A stretch of 64,000 nucleotides of DNA from Octopus vulgaris (Eukaryota): assembly GCA_951406725.2 (NCBI GenBank), contig OX597815.1:76446001-76510000 (forward strand), read 5' to 3'. Position numbers and translations under genes: made by a program. Each line of letters starts with the position of its first letter. The first letter of the stretch is position 1. The notes beneath the pieces are model-generated. The model was not told where the DNA came from, did not search any database, and saw nothing but the letters and a program-made list of their open reading frames with translations. Below are positions 23,353 through 36,723 of this stretch, in pieces.

Positions 23353-25220
23353 CCTTCACATGTAATGATACCATAATGAAGACCAGTAGCTCTGTCATTA
23401 CAAATAGCACAAATCATTGGTTCTTCACAGTCACTATCACCTTCAGGACTCTTCATATTGCTGCCATCTCCAGGACTGACACAAACATCATCTTCAAGAG
23501 TTGAGGGCAAAGAGCTAGTGAAATACATATTAGAAGGTGTACAACCTTTGTTCACTTGTGTTAGAGCATGACCAGCATTGTTTGGACCAACTCCATTGTT
23601 GAGGGGAGGAGCATGCCGATTATGGTTATGATGATGGTGGTTGTGATGGTGGTGATGCCCAGTATTCTGGCCATTACTTCCATTGGTGCTGTTGTTGATG
23701 TTGATGTTGTTGCTGGTGTTACTGTTGTTGAAGTTGCTGTTGGTACCACTGTTGCTGTTACCAATACTGCTCATCTCAATATTACAATTAACACGATGGT
23801 TGCCATTTGCACCAAAATTCATAACAGTGTTGTTGACATTAGTAACTGGTGTCATACACATGTAATTGTCTGAATTATTACCACTGTTGCTGCTGCTGTT
23901 GTTGTTGGTGGTGGTGCTATTAATACTGCTACTATTGCTGTTGCTAAGCAACCATGTTTTTTTAGAGTCAACCATGTTTTGCTCATATTGTTCCTTTTGG
24001 CTCGGGTTAATATAGGGATACCGACAGATTTGGTAAGTAGTGCCACCTTGAGGAATGACAGTCTGGTTTGTCTTTAAGTTACCAGAGCTCAGTGTAAAGT
24101 GTTGCTGTGGCTGAGTATCTGCTTGTTTCAGATTGCATTCTACAGCTTGTTGTTGTTGTTGGTGGTGGTGTTGTTGTTGGTGGTGTTGTTGTTGTTGTTG
24201 TTGTTGTTGGTGGTGTTGTTGTTGTTGCATCGAAGGATCGATAACAAAATTTATGTGTGGGATCTCAGCAACATTGCCACTATTGCTGTTTGTGGGGCTG
24301 TTAAACTGTTGGTTGGTGAGCAGTGTGGGCATCGTATAAATAGTTTGTGTTGAAGAGATTCCACTAGGCACTGTTGTCATCACTGGTATCATATTCACAG
24401 TTGTCATATTATCTCCCATATTCTGTTCTCTAATAATTTGAGGTTGAAAGACAAAGCCTGAAGGGAAACCAACATAGGCTATTCCAAAAGGCATATTCAC
24501 CGGGCCATTGTTATTATTGTTACTACTATTCACATTATCATCATTTTCTTCTTCATTACTAAAAGAGTTATTAGCTTGATTATTGTTCATAACAAGCAAT
24601 GGATGGTTCACAATAACATTGTTCTGATTTTGAAGAGCACCAGAACTTAGAGGTGAACCTGAACTGCAGTTCCGACTGGCATTGTCTTGATTCTGGTCAG
24701 GCTGATAATTGACCATATGACTTTCAGGAGTGTTACACTTTTTCTTATTTTGGAAACTATTATTATTATTATTTTTATCATCATCATCATTATTATTGTT
24801 AATGTTCTGATTATTGCTGTTGTTGTTGTTACTGTTGGCTTCTACTTTCACTTTCAGAGTGAATTCTTCAAATTTTTGTTTCTCAGCAAGAATGTTGTTG
24901 CTTTTGTCAGACACAGCCACTACATTCTGCTCAAGAAATTTTGACTTGTAGCTGTCCTCAGCTGTTGACTGTACAATAGAAGGTGAGTTGGAATTCTCAT
25001 GACTGGCATCACTGAACTGATCACAATCAGAGACATAACCAGAACTCTCGCTGCCCATACTGCGACGACTTTCATTGCTGACACAAGATTCTGTGTCACA
25101 TCCAACGAGATCTAAGATGCGACGTCGTTTCAGCTTCAGTTCACGGTAAAGACTGATGCCAGAGTTCTCTAAGTTGTAAAAGGGCCGCTTAAAAGTGGAA
25201 GACTGTGCTGTTGCAGTCAT
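23353..25220 (-). CDS. Hr4: HR4/GCNF-like (NR6A) nuclear receptor, coding exon 1: A/B domain and first zinc finger up to CEG
   Basis: Acceptor tttttttattgcag directly before ATG (25220). The frame is open to ...MICAICNDRATGLHYGIITCEG, then donor GG|gtaagt at 23352 (phase 2). ATGLHYGIITCEG is the HR4/GCNF first-finger signature. Confidence 0.95.
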
Positions 25221-26944
25221 CTGCAATAAAAAAAAGAACACAAATATATAAATTTATATATATATAACCAACATCAATATAGGAAAAAAAAAACACATTA
25301 AAATCATATATATCTATTTAGTTTTAATTATCCATGTTTGTCTCACTAATATATATATGTGTGTGTGTGTATGTGTGTGTGTGTCAAAAGGATGAGTGAA
25401 CCCAGTTTAGGGTTGATGACTATCAAGCAATAGGTGCTGGCAAAGCAGGAGTAGCAATGTTCAAAGGTCCCAACCATAGCAGCAAGCAGTTTGATGTATC
25501 ACATTGAGGTTACATATGTTATGTTTTGTAGCCTGGTTTGTGTTTGTAATCCACTTAGATGTTAGTCTGGTAATATTAGACAAATTTCAGCAAGGGGAAC
25601 TTCTTATATGATGTGAACTGTGATAGTAAGAGAAATCAGTAGCAATCTGTATTTTGGTTTCACATCCCTACCTTGCCTCACATGCATCCATTTGAGCCTG
25701 GTAAGTGGAACACTCTGGAACAGTTCTGGTTACACAATCAAAAGAGAAGAGTTGACATTGCACAAACTTACTCTGCTTAAAACAAATTTTTTTTTAATTA
25801 ATTTTCAGCAACAACACTTCTATTTTTTCTTTTTTTATTTGAAGACAATCAGCTTCAGGATGTTGATGAGTAGTGTTACAGTACAACTGTACATGTTGAA
25901 TGGAGAAGATATATCAGACTTGGTGACAGTAGATTGAGTGAGTTGTGCATGTAAGAAGTTTTGGAAACTGAGTGATATGTTAATGAGGAGAGAAGTGCCA
26001 TGATTTATAGATGTGGACTATGGCTACTGAACGTAAAACAGCAGAGAAGGCTGTAATGAATAAAGATGAGAATGGTTCAGTGGACAAGTGGAGTATCTCT
26101 ATAAGAGAGAAAGACAAAAACAATGAATTGCAGAGGATGGGTGATAGGAATTGAGCCAATGGTGGATGTTGTGAAGAGAAATGGGATGAGATAGTTGGGT
26201 CATGTTTAGGAAGATTGAAAGTTGACAGGGTTTGAGAAGTGATGGAAGGAAGTAGAAGAGGGAAACCAAGAAAGACAGTAAAAGTGCTATAGGACAAAAT
26301 AGGTGCAAGGGGGTAGGTGAAGTGCTAATATAGAGAAGAGTCTATGAAGCTAACCCCTGCTTTAGCAGGGAAAATAATCTTAAAGTGCTGTTGTTGTACA
26401 TCTCTGTAATAATAGGTTCATGTTTGATTTGCAACAGTGTCATGTTGAAAACATCAGTTCCCATCTGACCACTAAAGTTTAAGCAACTTAGAACCTAGTT
26501 AGTACTTAGTTGACAGCTTAGTAACCTTAGATGTTGCAAACATTTTGAATTTTAGGTGGTAGTCTTCATTTGATGCCCACTTTCAAGCTTCACTTGGTTC
26601 TTGGGTACCACTAGTGCAGTTCATTCTGCAAGCATTTGGATCAGTTCTTACCTTCCTCCCATTATTTTTTAAGGTTTTCAAAATCCTCCTTCTTACACTA
26701 ACTTCTATATTTAAAAAAAAAGGCACTTTGTTATTGAATACTTAAGGTCTTTCTTTTGACTTCTAGAATCTACTCTATCTGTCTATGTATGTGTATATAC
26801 ATACATCATATATACTTTATTAGATTTAATCAGTAGATGTTACAAAGTGGCTCAATGGCTGAGTTTTGTGCATGGCATTTTATCAAACCTTTCTCTCTCT
26901 CTCTCTCTCATGCTCTCAATGTATTCTTTTACTTTTATACTTCC

Positions 26945-27210
26945 ACTCGTTTCAGTCATTAGACTGCAACCAAGCTGGGGCACTGCCCTGAAGAATTTTT
27001 AGTCGAATGAATCGATCCCAGTACTTATTTTTTTCTTAAGCCTGGTACATATTTTATCAGTCTTTGTTGCCAAACCACTAAGTTATGGGGACATGAACAC
27101 ACCAATACCAGTTGCCGAGCAGTGGTGGTGGTGGTGGCGGATAAACACAGACATAAAGACACACACACGAGAGGCTTCCTTCAGCTTTGCTCAACCAAAT
27201 CCACTCAAAA
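26945..27210 (-). mobile_element. SINE 3' part
   Basis: Reverse complement of the family at 40370-40550 (gtttcagtcatt...gatcccagtactta...ctaagttatgggga). Confidence 0.7.
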
Positions 27211-27249
27211 AGCTTAACTACAAATATATATACATATATAAATATATAT

Positions 27250-27296
<47 letters not shown>

Positions 27297-27817
27297 CAAG
27301 TAATCCAACCCATGGAAAATGGACGTTAAATAACAATGATATATATAAATACATTCCACACAAACTACACACATACAAAAACATTCCAGTGTCAAGTTGT
27401 TTGAATGGTTATTTCAATTTCTAAAGTTGCTATTATTATCATCAAATCTGATTGGCTGTAAGAGTGCGATAAGCTCATTGCAACAGTTTACTTGACTGTG
27501 GCATTTAGGTCATTTTTCAATGGAATTGTTGAAAGTCACATGCAATTAAGGAAATTTTAACCCAGCACTCCCAGTATAACACAGACATTATATTCAATGA
27601 ACAGAGAGATGAAGTTATCATACTGAGACTAAGCTAAACTGTTTCATATAAAATACATTCAGTAAACTTTACTAATAATACATATTACACAGCACATTTG
27701 AACATTTGAATCTATGAAGATAAAAATATATGCTCCAATAATTGAAAAATTAAAAACAGCATAATGAGGGAAATAGAGTGATAGTAGAGAGGCACAATAT
27801 GTGTGTGTGTGTGTATA

Positions 27818-28710
27818 ATATTCTTTTCTTTTGGTGCATCTGGAGTAACAGGAATGATCTCATTGAGAAACCTACAGCTGGCTGAAGTAATGAAACATGG
27901 GCAAAATTACCATAGCCGTCGAATCTTCAGGTGTTGCTGACACTATATTGCCAGGGAGCAAAACAGATCACAGTGCGTTCAAACTGTCATTGAATCTCAC
28001 TATTGATGACTCAGTAACCTGTAACATTAGTAAAGGAACAGGAGCAGTAGAAGTGTAAAAGTGTTAGATGATAATCAGGGACAAATGCATTGTGTCCCCT
28101 AAAGTTTTTTCTGAGGTTTTGTATCAAACTGTCAACAATTTCATCAGAAGAAATTCTTTCAATGAAGTAACAGTCGCTTTAGCAGGTGACATTTGTTAGA
28201 TGCTTCCAGTTATTCCGAAGAAGACAAGAAGCTGATCAATTCAGAAACATAAACTGAAAAAAAGAAAAAAACACGAGAGCTTACCTTAACAAAGACCAAC
28301 ACTCAGCTGATTTTGTTACAAGACTTTTGGAGCCTGGAAAAAGGGTTTGCTGTACCTGATCAAAATTGGGACATATTTATGGTTGTTATTAGTGAATTGA
28401 TGTTATCAGTCTTTCCCAATGTCTAACAGAACTACCACAATTGCAAATAGCTCTGTGAAAGAGCAATACTTTTCCCACCCCTTTAAAAATAAGTTTGTTA
28501 GGCTGTTAAGACAATCAATGAAGAAATTATTAAACAAACGGTTGCATGGAGATGAATCTATTTATACATCTACAGACATTGTTTTAGATTTTAAAGAAAC
28601 AGTGAGCCATCCAATTAAATTCCCTTAACAGCCTGTAGCTATATACTGTGCCATACCACAGACACATACTGAAGACTGAATCCCCCAATTATTCTCCTTA
28701 GGATCTTTTT
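27818..28710 (+). mobile_element. Helitron PIF1-like helicase fossil
   Basis: Hand translation gives FGASGVTGMI (decayed Walker A DAPGGTGKT), IAVESSGVADTILPGSKTDHSAFKLSLNL, TCNISKGT, VALAGDIC*MLPVIP, LCERAIL, YTSTDIVLD...HPIKF.NSL and PIILLR, with many stops and frameshifts. Confidence 0.85.
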
Positions 28711-31342
28711 AGCTGTTTTGCATTTGTGAAAGTACATTAAGTTGGTAGCTGTGTGGCTGTTGAGGATGTGATTATTCCAACCCATGCCAGCATGGAAAAT
28801 CATAATGATGATAAGTTTATATCAATGAAACATTATACTATTTATTCAGTTTGTGAAACAACAGATCATTTCATAGTTCAAGTTTATAGCAAAGTGTTTC
28901 TGCTAGGTAAATATTAGATCAACTGGAGCATATTCAACTGTTCCCCTCTAATTTCTACACTGCCAATTTTTTATACAAACCTGAAAACTGTTGTTGAAGA
29001 GAATTCATTATTATGAATATAGGTTGTAAATCACAAATTTCTACTACAAGTCATTATATTCCTATTCTAGCATAATATGTATCATCTATGTAACAGATTT
29101 ATTTTGTATGCACATTGATCCACTAGAGCAGATTCTCCTCGCAGTGACCTAGTGGCTACATAGAGCTACATGGAGTGAGCTATTGAAACAGGAGTGTCTT
29201 GGCCATAGGCACAATACTCTTTTGTTGACAGATAATAACTGTCCCAACAGATAGAGAAACATTGTCTGAGACACTGTAAAGGTTGTTATGCAAACTCATA
29301 TGTTATTTTCAATAAGGTTGAAAAATGACGATACATTTTAAAAAGATAGATTAGGATGTAGTATTTGTTGGATTAAGTTCAACAAGGGAGATGTAGATTA
29401 AAAGATTAATTATAGTTATTTAGATTACTGGTGCAATTTCAAATGAGATCAAGGTTATTGAGTAAAATAAAACAAAGAAAAGGAAACATAAAAAAAAAAA
29501 CAAGGAAGATTTTAACTTACATTTGTAGGTTGTTAAGTAGAATAAGTTAGGATTTCACAATTTCTTTCACAGAACTGTTGATGGCAGAGCATAACAGAAG
29601 TATCAGGATCAGATGAAAGAGAGGAAAAGGAAAAGAATGGAAGCATTAAATTAACTGACAAATTAATAACAGGGTAAAAAAAATACAAATTAATAACAGG
29701 ATTAAAAGAAAACAAATCCCAAATAAAATAATTATTTCTGAGCTACAGCTCCAATTTTCAGAAGAGAGAAACGTATAGTCAATTGAATCAACCTAAGGTA
29801 GATAAATAGCTGAGTTGATTTAGGTGAAGTTTGAACCAAGAACCAAGAAGAATGAAACAAATTCCAAAATTTAACAAGTGTTTCAAATATAGGCATGAGA
29901 CTAAAAGTTTTAACAGGAGGAGTTTAGTTGTACTAGATTGGTACTATATCAACCTGAAAAGGATGAAGGGTGAAATTGTCCTTGGTGGGATTTGAAATTG
30001 AAATGTAAAGACCCAGAAGAGATACTGCCAGGTATTTGTTCAACACTCGAATAATTCTGCCAGCAAACTCATTGGACACAAAACCAATAAATCAGTTTAT
30101 GATTCTATGGTTTGCATGTGAAAATCAGATTAAAAAGTGGGTAAAGGGTAAAACTACTGCAATGAAATGTCTCTGGAAGAATAAAAAGCCAGGTTTATTT
30201 CAGAGAAATTTCAACAGAAAGCATAAACTAACAAAATGAGTCAAGGCATTTTGTTTATAACTCCAAAGATTCTTAAGTACTCAGAAATATCCTGTTAAGA
30301 ATCATGGCTTCAGACATATACAAGGCCTATTGCTATCCATTATTGGGAGTGGGGATAGTTAAATATAAATACTTTGTAGTGCTGTTTATACAATAAACTG
30401 CACTCAGTACGCTCTATTATGTGTGGAGTTGGGAGCACCCTAGAGTGTTGTTGAATATATAAAAGCATCTCTTGTACTGGGTCCAGGAAAAAATGCATCC
30501 AGTACACTGTGTGAAGTAGTCAGTGTTAGGATGGTCATACAACCAATGAAACCTAACCAAAAATGACACATGAATGAACTGTGGTCCCCTGACCCATCTA
30601 AGAGAGCAGCAAAGATTAGTCCAACCAATGCCAGTATGGAAAGTGTACATAAAAAATGATGATTTTGGGTGGTGAAAGAATTGGAAGTTATGACAAAGTG
30701 ATGGATACATGACTCCTAGCTGACTCTAGGATACTAGAATTTTTACTCAGACTTCTTTGTTTTCATTCATCAAATTTGATTTCAATGTAACATATTTTGA
30801 TTTAGATGTAACATAATCAAGAATTAGACAAGAATTGTAAGTTATGAAGGTATAGCTAATATCTGTGTGTGTGGGTGGCCTCAGTACTGTTTACTCACAG
30901 AAGGAAGTAACTTCAGAGGAATGCCAAACAGAATCACTTTAAATGAGACATATTTATTTATGTATGACTAACATGAAGTAGTGATATTTTATTTAACCAA
31001 TAAACCAATTGCTTCATGTAGAATCCATACAAAAAAAAAAAATTGTTAGTTCAACTGTCCTGAAGGGTTAGAAAGATAAAGTAGGAAATATCAGATAAGT
31101 TTATCTTCAATTCCTGTGAAATGGGAATTTGGGCATAACACATTCCATTGTAAATACATTCAAGACTATTTTTATGATTTAGAGCAGTGCTTTTCAAGCC
31201 AAAGAGAGTGGAACAGCTTCACCTCCTTCTGAGAACTGGAAAATTTTATATAGGGACTGGAGACAAAAAGGGCTGAGTGATAGATGCATCTTTTAATTGC
31301 CATACTTTAAAAAAGTATTTTTGGCTTTCATTCTGCTAATAG

Positions 31343-31660
31343 AGGCACAGGCATGGCTGTGTGGTTAAGAAGCTCTCTTCGCAACCCTGTTCAGTCCCAC
31401 TGTGCAGTACCCTGGGCAACTGTCTTCGACCAATGATTGAGAATGTATGTGTCTATGTACGTGTCTTTATGTGTTTGTCCTCCACCACCATCACCACCAC
31501 CGTCACTGTTGGGTTCTTTATGAACCTGTAACTTAGCATTCAGCAAAAAAGACTGATGCAATAAGTACCAGACTTTAAAAAAATAAGTAACGGTGTTGAA
31601 TTAATTTTTTCTTATTATCTAAACTGCAATTCAATGATTGAAACATCTAAAAGATAAAAG
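31343..31660 (+). mobile_element. tRNA-derived SINE (internally deleted)
   Basis: ggcacaggcatggctgtgtggttaagaagc...ttcagtcccactg...gtaacttagc...aataagtaccag. Confidence 0.75.
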
Positions 31661-32984
31661 ATAATATCAGTGGTCGAAATATTTTGACATTCCACATTGT
31701 GCCAATAGTCTATAAATGGTGATCAACCTATTGGCTACCATTTTTCTGGTATATTTAATTTTGCTGAATCATAGCAAAGAGCGTGTTGTTAAAGAAAAGG
31801 AAAAGGCGTGATAGTTAAAAATAATTTAAGAAGTATTAAGAGCAGTGCACATATTTTTTCCTGATCTTCTTGGATAATGGAATAAATAAAGGCAGTTGTG
31901 GATCAGAACGAGCTTCTGAATGTCAATGGTTGACAGAAAAATATAGGAGGAAGAATGAATAAGAGCTGTGCAGGACAAGCAAGGGCAATTATTGTTCGAG
32001 AAGTGGGTCGCATGAGACATATGTTCATCATCAAGTGGCCTGCACCACTGAAAAAAAGTGAAAGCAAGTGTTCGTTAGCCGTGCCATTCAAAGACTCCCG
32101 CGGGTTTGCAGGTTACCCATGAGATGTGAGGCCCAGAGGGTTTCAAGAAATACACAAGAGAAAGAGAGCGAAACGACACGGAGAGTAAATTTAAAGGAGC
32201 AGAGAACTTGAGAGAGAAAGAGAGAGAGAGAGAGGGCGAGAGAGAGAGAGAGAGGAATACGTAGGGGAGAAAGTTGGAGAGTAGATCCAAAGTTGGTAAT
32301 TGGAGATTTATCTATCAAGTGGATGGATAATGACCTTATGTTTTCTTTCTGTTGGATGTAGTCCAGAATGTTTGAAGTGAGAATAACGTTCCAGTTGTAC
32401 GAGTAGTGTATTCCAGCGCAAAATGAAATTAATGTCATAATACAATCTTTCTGATGTATTGGACGTATATATTTTTTAGTCCTGTACCCTTGGCAATAGG
32501 GTGTCTGATGTGCAATGTCAACATTTGTAGAGAGACTGTTAGTTTTAGTTTTGTTAAACATGAGTAATGAGTATGCAGTGATGTTGTTATTAGGTAAATT
32601 AATAATAACAATAATCAGATAGATAGCTATAGTTGAAGCGAAAGAAAAACAAAATATCTGCAAGGAAAAGAAAGTAATCTTTCTTTTTTTTTTGTTTTTG
32701 AGAAACAAAAAAGTATGTGTGGAGGAGTTAAAACGTTACGTTGTAATTTCTACAAGGAATAAATAAACAATAAATTGTTTTAAAAAAGAACCACAAAAAA
32801 ATAATAAAGCAAATTAAGTGTTTTCTTGAAATAAAGTAAAAGAGAAAAGTACAATAGAAAAGGAGGGGAAGAGAGGAGAAAGAATGAAAACAAATAAAGA
32901 GATTAACGAGGTGGGGGGAGGAAAAACAGTAAATAATGAGAGAGAGAGTTGCGTGAGGAAGAGTGAGAGTTAGTTGTTGAGTGA

Positions 32985-33070
32985 GCACTGAATTGATTAA
33001 GTGAGATAGAGAATTTCACTCAAGATATAAAACTGTGTAATTGAGAACACGTGTCAAATCCACTCACGTG
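32985..33070 (-). promoter_or_regulatory. Candidate HR4 core promoter: two CACGTG E-boxes and an Inr-like TCAGT
   Basis: CACGTG at 33048-53 and 33065-70; minus-strand TCAGT at 32991-32987. It is followed by CT-rich, CpG-retaining sequence with no recognisable TE, resembling a 5' UTR. Coding exon 1 starts at an acceptor, so an upstream exon is required. The location is inferred. Confidence 0.45.
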
Positions 33071-33618
33071 CCAAAGTACATTGCCCTCTCTTTAGCTATC
33101 TCTTGCTTCTCCTCTCTATCTGTCTGTCTCCCTCCCTCTCCTTACCTATCTATCTCCCTTTCTGTCTCTCTAGCTATCTTACCGTCCTTCTCTCTCTCTC
33201 CCTCCCCCCTTTCTCTCAGCATTTATGCGTTATCACCTTCGCAATACATAACTTGTTTGCTTGCGACTGAAATGCCAGAAAGATGTCGACGACGACGAAT
33301 AAAATATCATAAAAACACGGGTTTAGAGAATCATTGCAGATAAGAGTTGTTGTTTTTCTGCAAGTGTGTGTGTATGAGTGAGAGAGTGAGAGAGAGAGAG
33401 AGAGGAATTACTTTACATGTGCGGTTGTATAACCTACATACATGTGTTTACCGTACATGTGCCTTTATTGCTATTTAACTTTCTCTCTTTCTCACTCTCA
33501 CTCTCTCACCCATTTGACACGTGAATCCATACTTTTATGTGGGTGGGAGTTAGCAACTGAAACAATTCGCATACACACACGCACATTTTTCTCTCGCCCT
33601 TCTCTAACACATATACAC

Positions 33619-33619
<1 letters not shown>

Positions 33620-33658
<39 letters not shown>

Positions 33659-33720
33659 GTCTGTCTATCAATCTGTCTATTTATTTATCTATCTATCTGT
33701 CTATCAATCTGTCTATTTAT

Positions 33721-33762
<42 letters not shown>

Positions 33763-33855
33763 GTCTGTCTGTCTATCTCTCTGTCTGTCTATCTATCTAT
33801 CTATCTGTCTGTCTATCAATCTGTCTATCTATCTATCTGTCTGTCTATCAATCTG

Positions 33856-33906
<51 letters not shown>

Positions 33907-33933
33907 GTCTGTCTGTCTGTCTGTCTGTCTGTC
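33620..33933. repeat. (TATC)n/(TGTC)n microsatellite
   Basis: Directly visible. Confidence 0.95.
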
Positions 33934-34324
33934 ATTTTAAAGCAATTTTAAGAATAAGTCAAAATGAATTTTACGATACACACACACATCATCATGATCA
34001 TCAACATTTAGCGTCTGTTTTCTATGCTGGCAAGGGTTTGACGACAGAAACTGGCAAAACCAGGGGCTATACCAGGTTCCATAGTCTGTTTTGGCTTGTG
34101 TGTGTGTGCGCACGCAAGTGTCGTCTACAATAGCCTTGGGCCAACCAAAGACTTGTGAGTGGATTTGGTAGATTTGTGTCTGTAACCCCCACCACTGCTT
34201 GTTGGTGTGTTTACATCTCTGTAACTTAGAGGTTCAGCAAAAGGAATCGATAAAATAAGTACCAAGCTTAACAGAATTAAGAACTGGAGTTGAATCATTC
34301 CAATACAAATTCTTCAAGGTTAAA

Positions 34325-35900
34325 CAATTTCTTTGAGGATGATCTAAAGATACATACTTGAAAAAAAAGCATCTGGATTAATCACAATGTTTTCTGCTGA
34401 TATAAGGACATAGTTTGGCCAAAAGAAACGTTCACATTCAACAACTGAACATGGTAAAATCATTCCCCAAACCTAAAATCTTAGTATTAATGGTCTCACT
34501 GTTTCCCCTGTTCGACAAGAGTGCTACAAATACCTAAGTATTGATGAATATATATCATATAAAGGAACTGTGAACAAAGAGTAGAGAATATCATACTAGA
34601 CTGAAAAATATATGGCAAAGCTTTCATCTCACATTTGCAGTACCTTTACTAATGTCGGCATTTGAGATACTCAACTAGTCTACAGAGGAAATCCACTCCA
34701 TAGATATTGAAACACACAAGAAACAGTGAATTGGCAGACTCTGTCTCAGAAGAAAAGAAGCTTTAAATCAGTACAGACAGCCTTCAATTGTTATTTAATA
34801 TTACTTAGCACCTGTTAAGCAATGGTAGCAAACCTAAACACATCAACCAAGTGCTCAAAAATGATGTGAATATCATCCTGCAGGCTGGTAGTGAATTCTT
34901 CTAGAAACATTCACTTCCAGTTGACCTTATCTATGAAACCAGAAGTGCAAAACTAGTATATCTCAGCAAAGAACTACAAGAGAAACACTACATACCACAA
35001 AAAGGGTTTTCATGTAAATTCTGTAAACTTGAAGAAGATGCTAATATTAATTTCAAGTTTTGGCACAAGGCCAGCAATTTTGAGGGAGTGGGTAAGTGGT
35101 ACTATTTTATCCATCCTGAAAGGATGATAGGTGAGGACACCCCGGTGGAATTTTAACTCAGAACATAAAGATGAATGAAATGCCACTAAGCATTTCACCC
35201 ATCATGCTAACAATTCTGTCAGCTTGCTGGTTTAGAAGGATGCTAATTATTGGTTTCAAATTTTGGCACAAGGCCAACAGTTTTAGGGAAGATGAGTCGA
35301 TTATGTCAACCCCAGTGCTTAGCTGAGGTTATCAACCCTGAAAGAATGAAAGGCAAAGTTGATCTCAGAGGAAACTGAACTGAGAACGTTAAAGATGGAT
35401 GTAATGCTGTTAAGCATTTTGCCCATTTTGCTAACGATTCTGCTAACATGAAATGTGGCCTCTCTTGGACTCATGTCTGTTACTTTATGTCACACCATAA
35501 AGATTATACTTTTGCAATTTAAGAGCAGGCGATAGCTGTGAAATGTCTTATGAACAAATAGGACAGTGAAGCACTCCAAAGATGCAACAACAAATGTCAA
35601 TTGTATTACTCTTTTGTGGAGGGTATAACAAACACATAATCAGCAGCTTCCCAAAAATGTCATTGAGATACTTCCACCCACTGTGATATGATGTTGCAGC
35701 AAAAACAAAAATATAATGCTATCCACAGAAAAGACAGCCTGGGACGAATATAAACAACACCTCTGCTATTGAATTTATATGATTCAATGACAGAGGCCAA
35801 TGATTTTGAAAGTTGATAAGAAATTAAATACAGAATTGGTCTCATCTGGACTTGCACTGAACTAGATAGCATAACTCACCACTGTTGTCTGGAAACATGA
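34325..35900 (+). mobile_element. Second R4/Dong-like LINE fossil (RT to zinc-knuckle region), interrupted by two SINEs at ~35050-35445
   Basis: FFEDDLK, ITMFSADIRT*FGQKK and CYKYLSIDE; after the SINEs, YTFAI*EQAI, NKCQLY...HIISSFPKMSLRYFHPL*YD (decayed CRLC..HIISSCP..RHD). Confidence 0.8.
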
Positions 35901-36514
35901 GATCAAATCTATTAACCTATAAATCTTACAAAACAGATTTGTGTTACTGAAGAGACAAGCTATTAAACCAATCAAGCCTAGCTAAATCCAGAGTTAATCT
36001 AAGTCTAATTAATTTCATACAATTTATGTGTTTATCTTCTCTTACTCCAGCTAATTTTCACAAAGAATAATCATATAGCCTAAGAAATTACTAGAATTAT
36101 ATCACAAAATTATTCAAAAAAATTGTATGTCCTTTATTGCAATTTTAACAGCTATTTGTGGTTACAAAATATAAAGGAGTAGAAAAAACCCCGCCTACTA
36201 ACAAAGACAGTATAACTGAAAAAAAAGTAAAATATATTTTGTTGTGAATGCAATTTATTACTCAATAGCTTTAGGAACGTTTTACTTTAGTTTCAATAAG
36301 AAAGGGTTCTTTCACTCTTTCTTCCAATCAGAATTCGAATAGCTATGGGAGTAGTTTCCCTTGAATATATATATATATATATATATATAAGAAGCAATGG
36401 AATGACTCAAAGGCTTGTGTGTTTGCACTTTTTTTGTAAGTGCTAACACACAAAACTCTTGGCCTTTGAGTTTCTCTGTTGATTCTGCTAGATATTAATA
36501 AAAATATACATATA

Positions 36515-36723
36515 CAGTAATCCCTTGACTATTGTGGGTGTTACATTCCAAAACCCGCTGCGATAGGTGAAAATCCGTGAAGTAGAAACAGCACTGTTTT
36601 GTATATTTTTAAAAATTATTTTTATAATTTGTATATATTTATTTTATTATAAATGCAAAACAAAACCATGGGGGAATTGATGTAAGTTTAAATGATAAAC
36701 CGTGATATGGCGAGGGATTACTG
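36515..36723. mobile_element. Tigger/pogo-like MITE
   Basis: TA|CAGTAATCCCT...AGGGATTACTG|TA, with ~23-bp imperfect TIRs. Confidence 0.85.

Noticed and set aside
23561-24944. Antisense and alternative-frame ORFs (poly-C/W, poly-L, poly-I)
   Set aside because: Shadows of the trinucleotide repeats in HR4 exon 1.
25400-26340. Possible further LINE RT remnant on the minus strand
   Set aside because: Only a vague VTRTVPECST resemblance to the RT QG motif; no second motif found.
28254-28284. Minus-strand GTAAG...polypyrimidine-CAG mini-intron
   Set aside because: Only 31 nt, too short for a normal intron, and inside a Helitron fossil.
32088-32708. 206-aa minus-strand ORF as a possible upstream HR4 coding exon
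   Set aside because: No recognisable domain, includes a (CT)n-derived LSLS run, and the donor at 32116 would be out of phase with the ATG exon. More likely 5' UTR.
33442-33951. 169-aa ORF with IYLS repeats
   Set aside because: Translation of the (TATC)n microsatellite.
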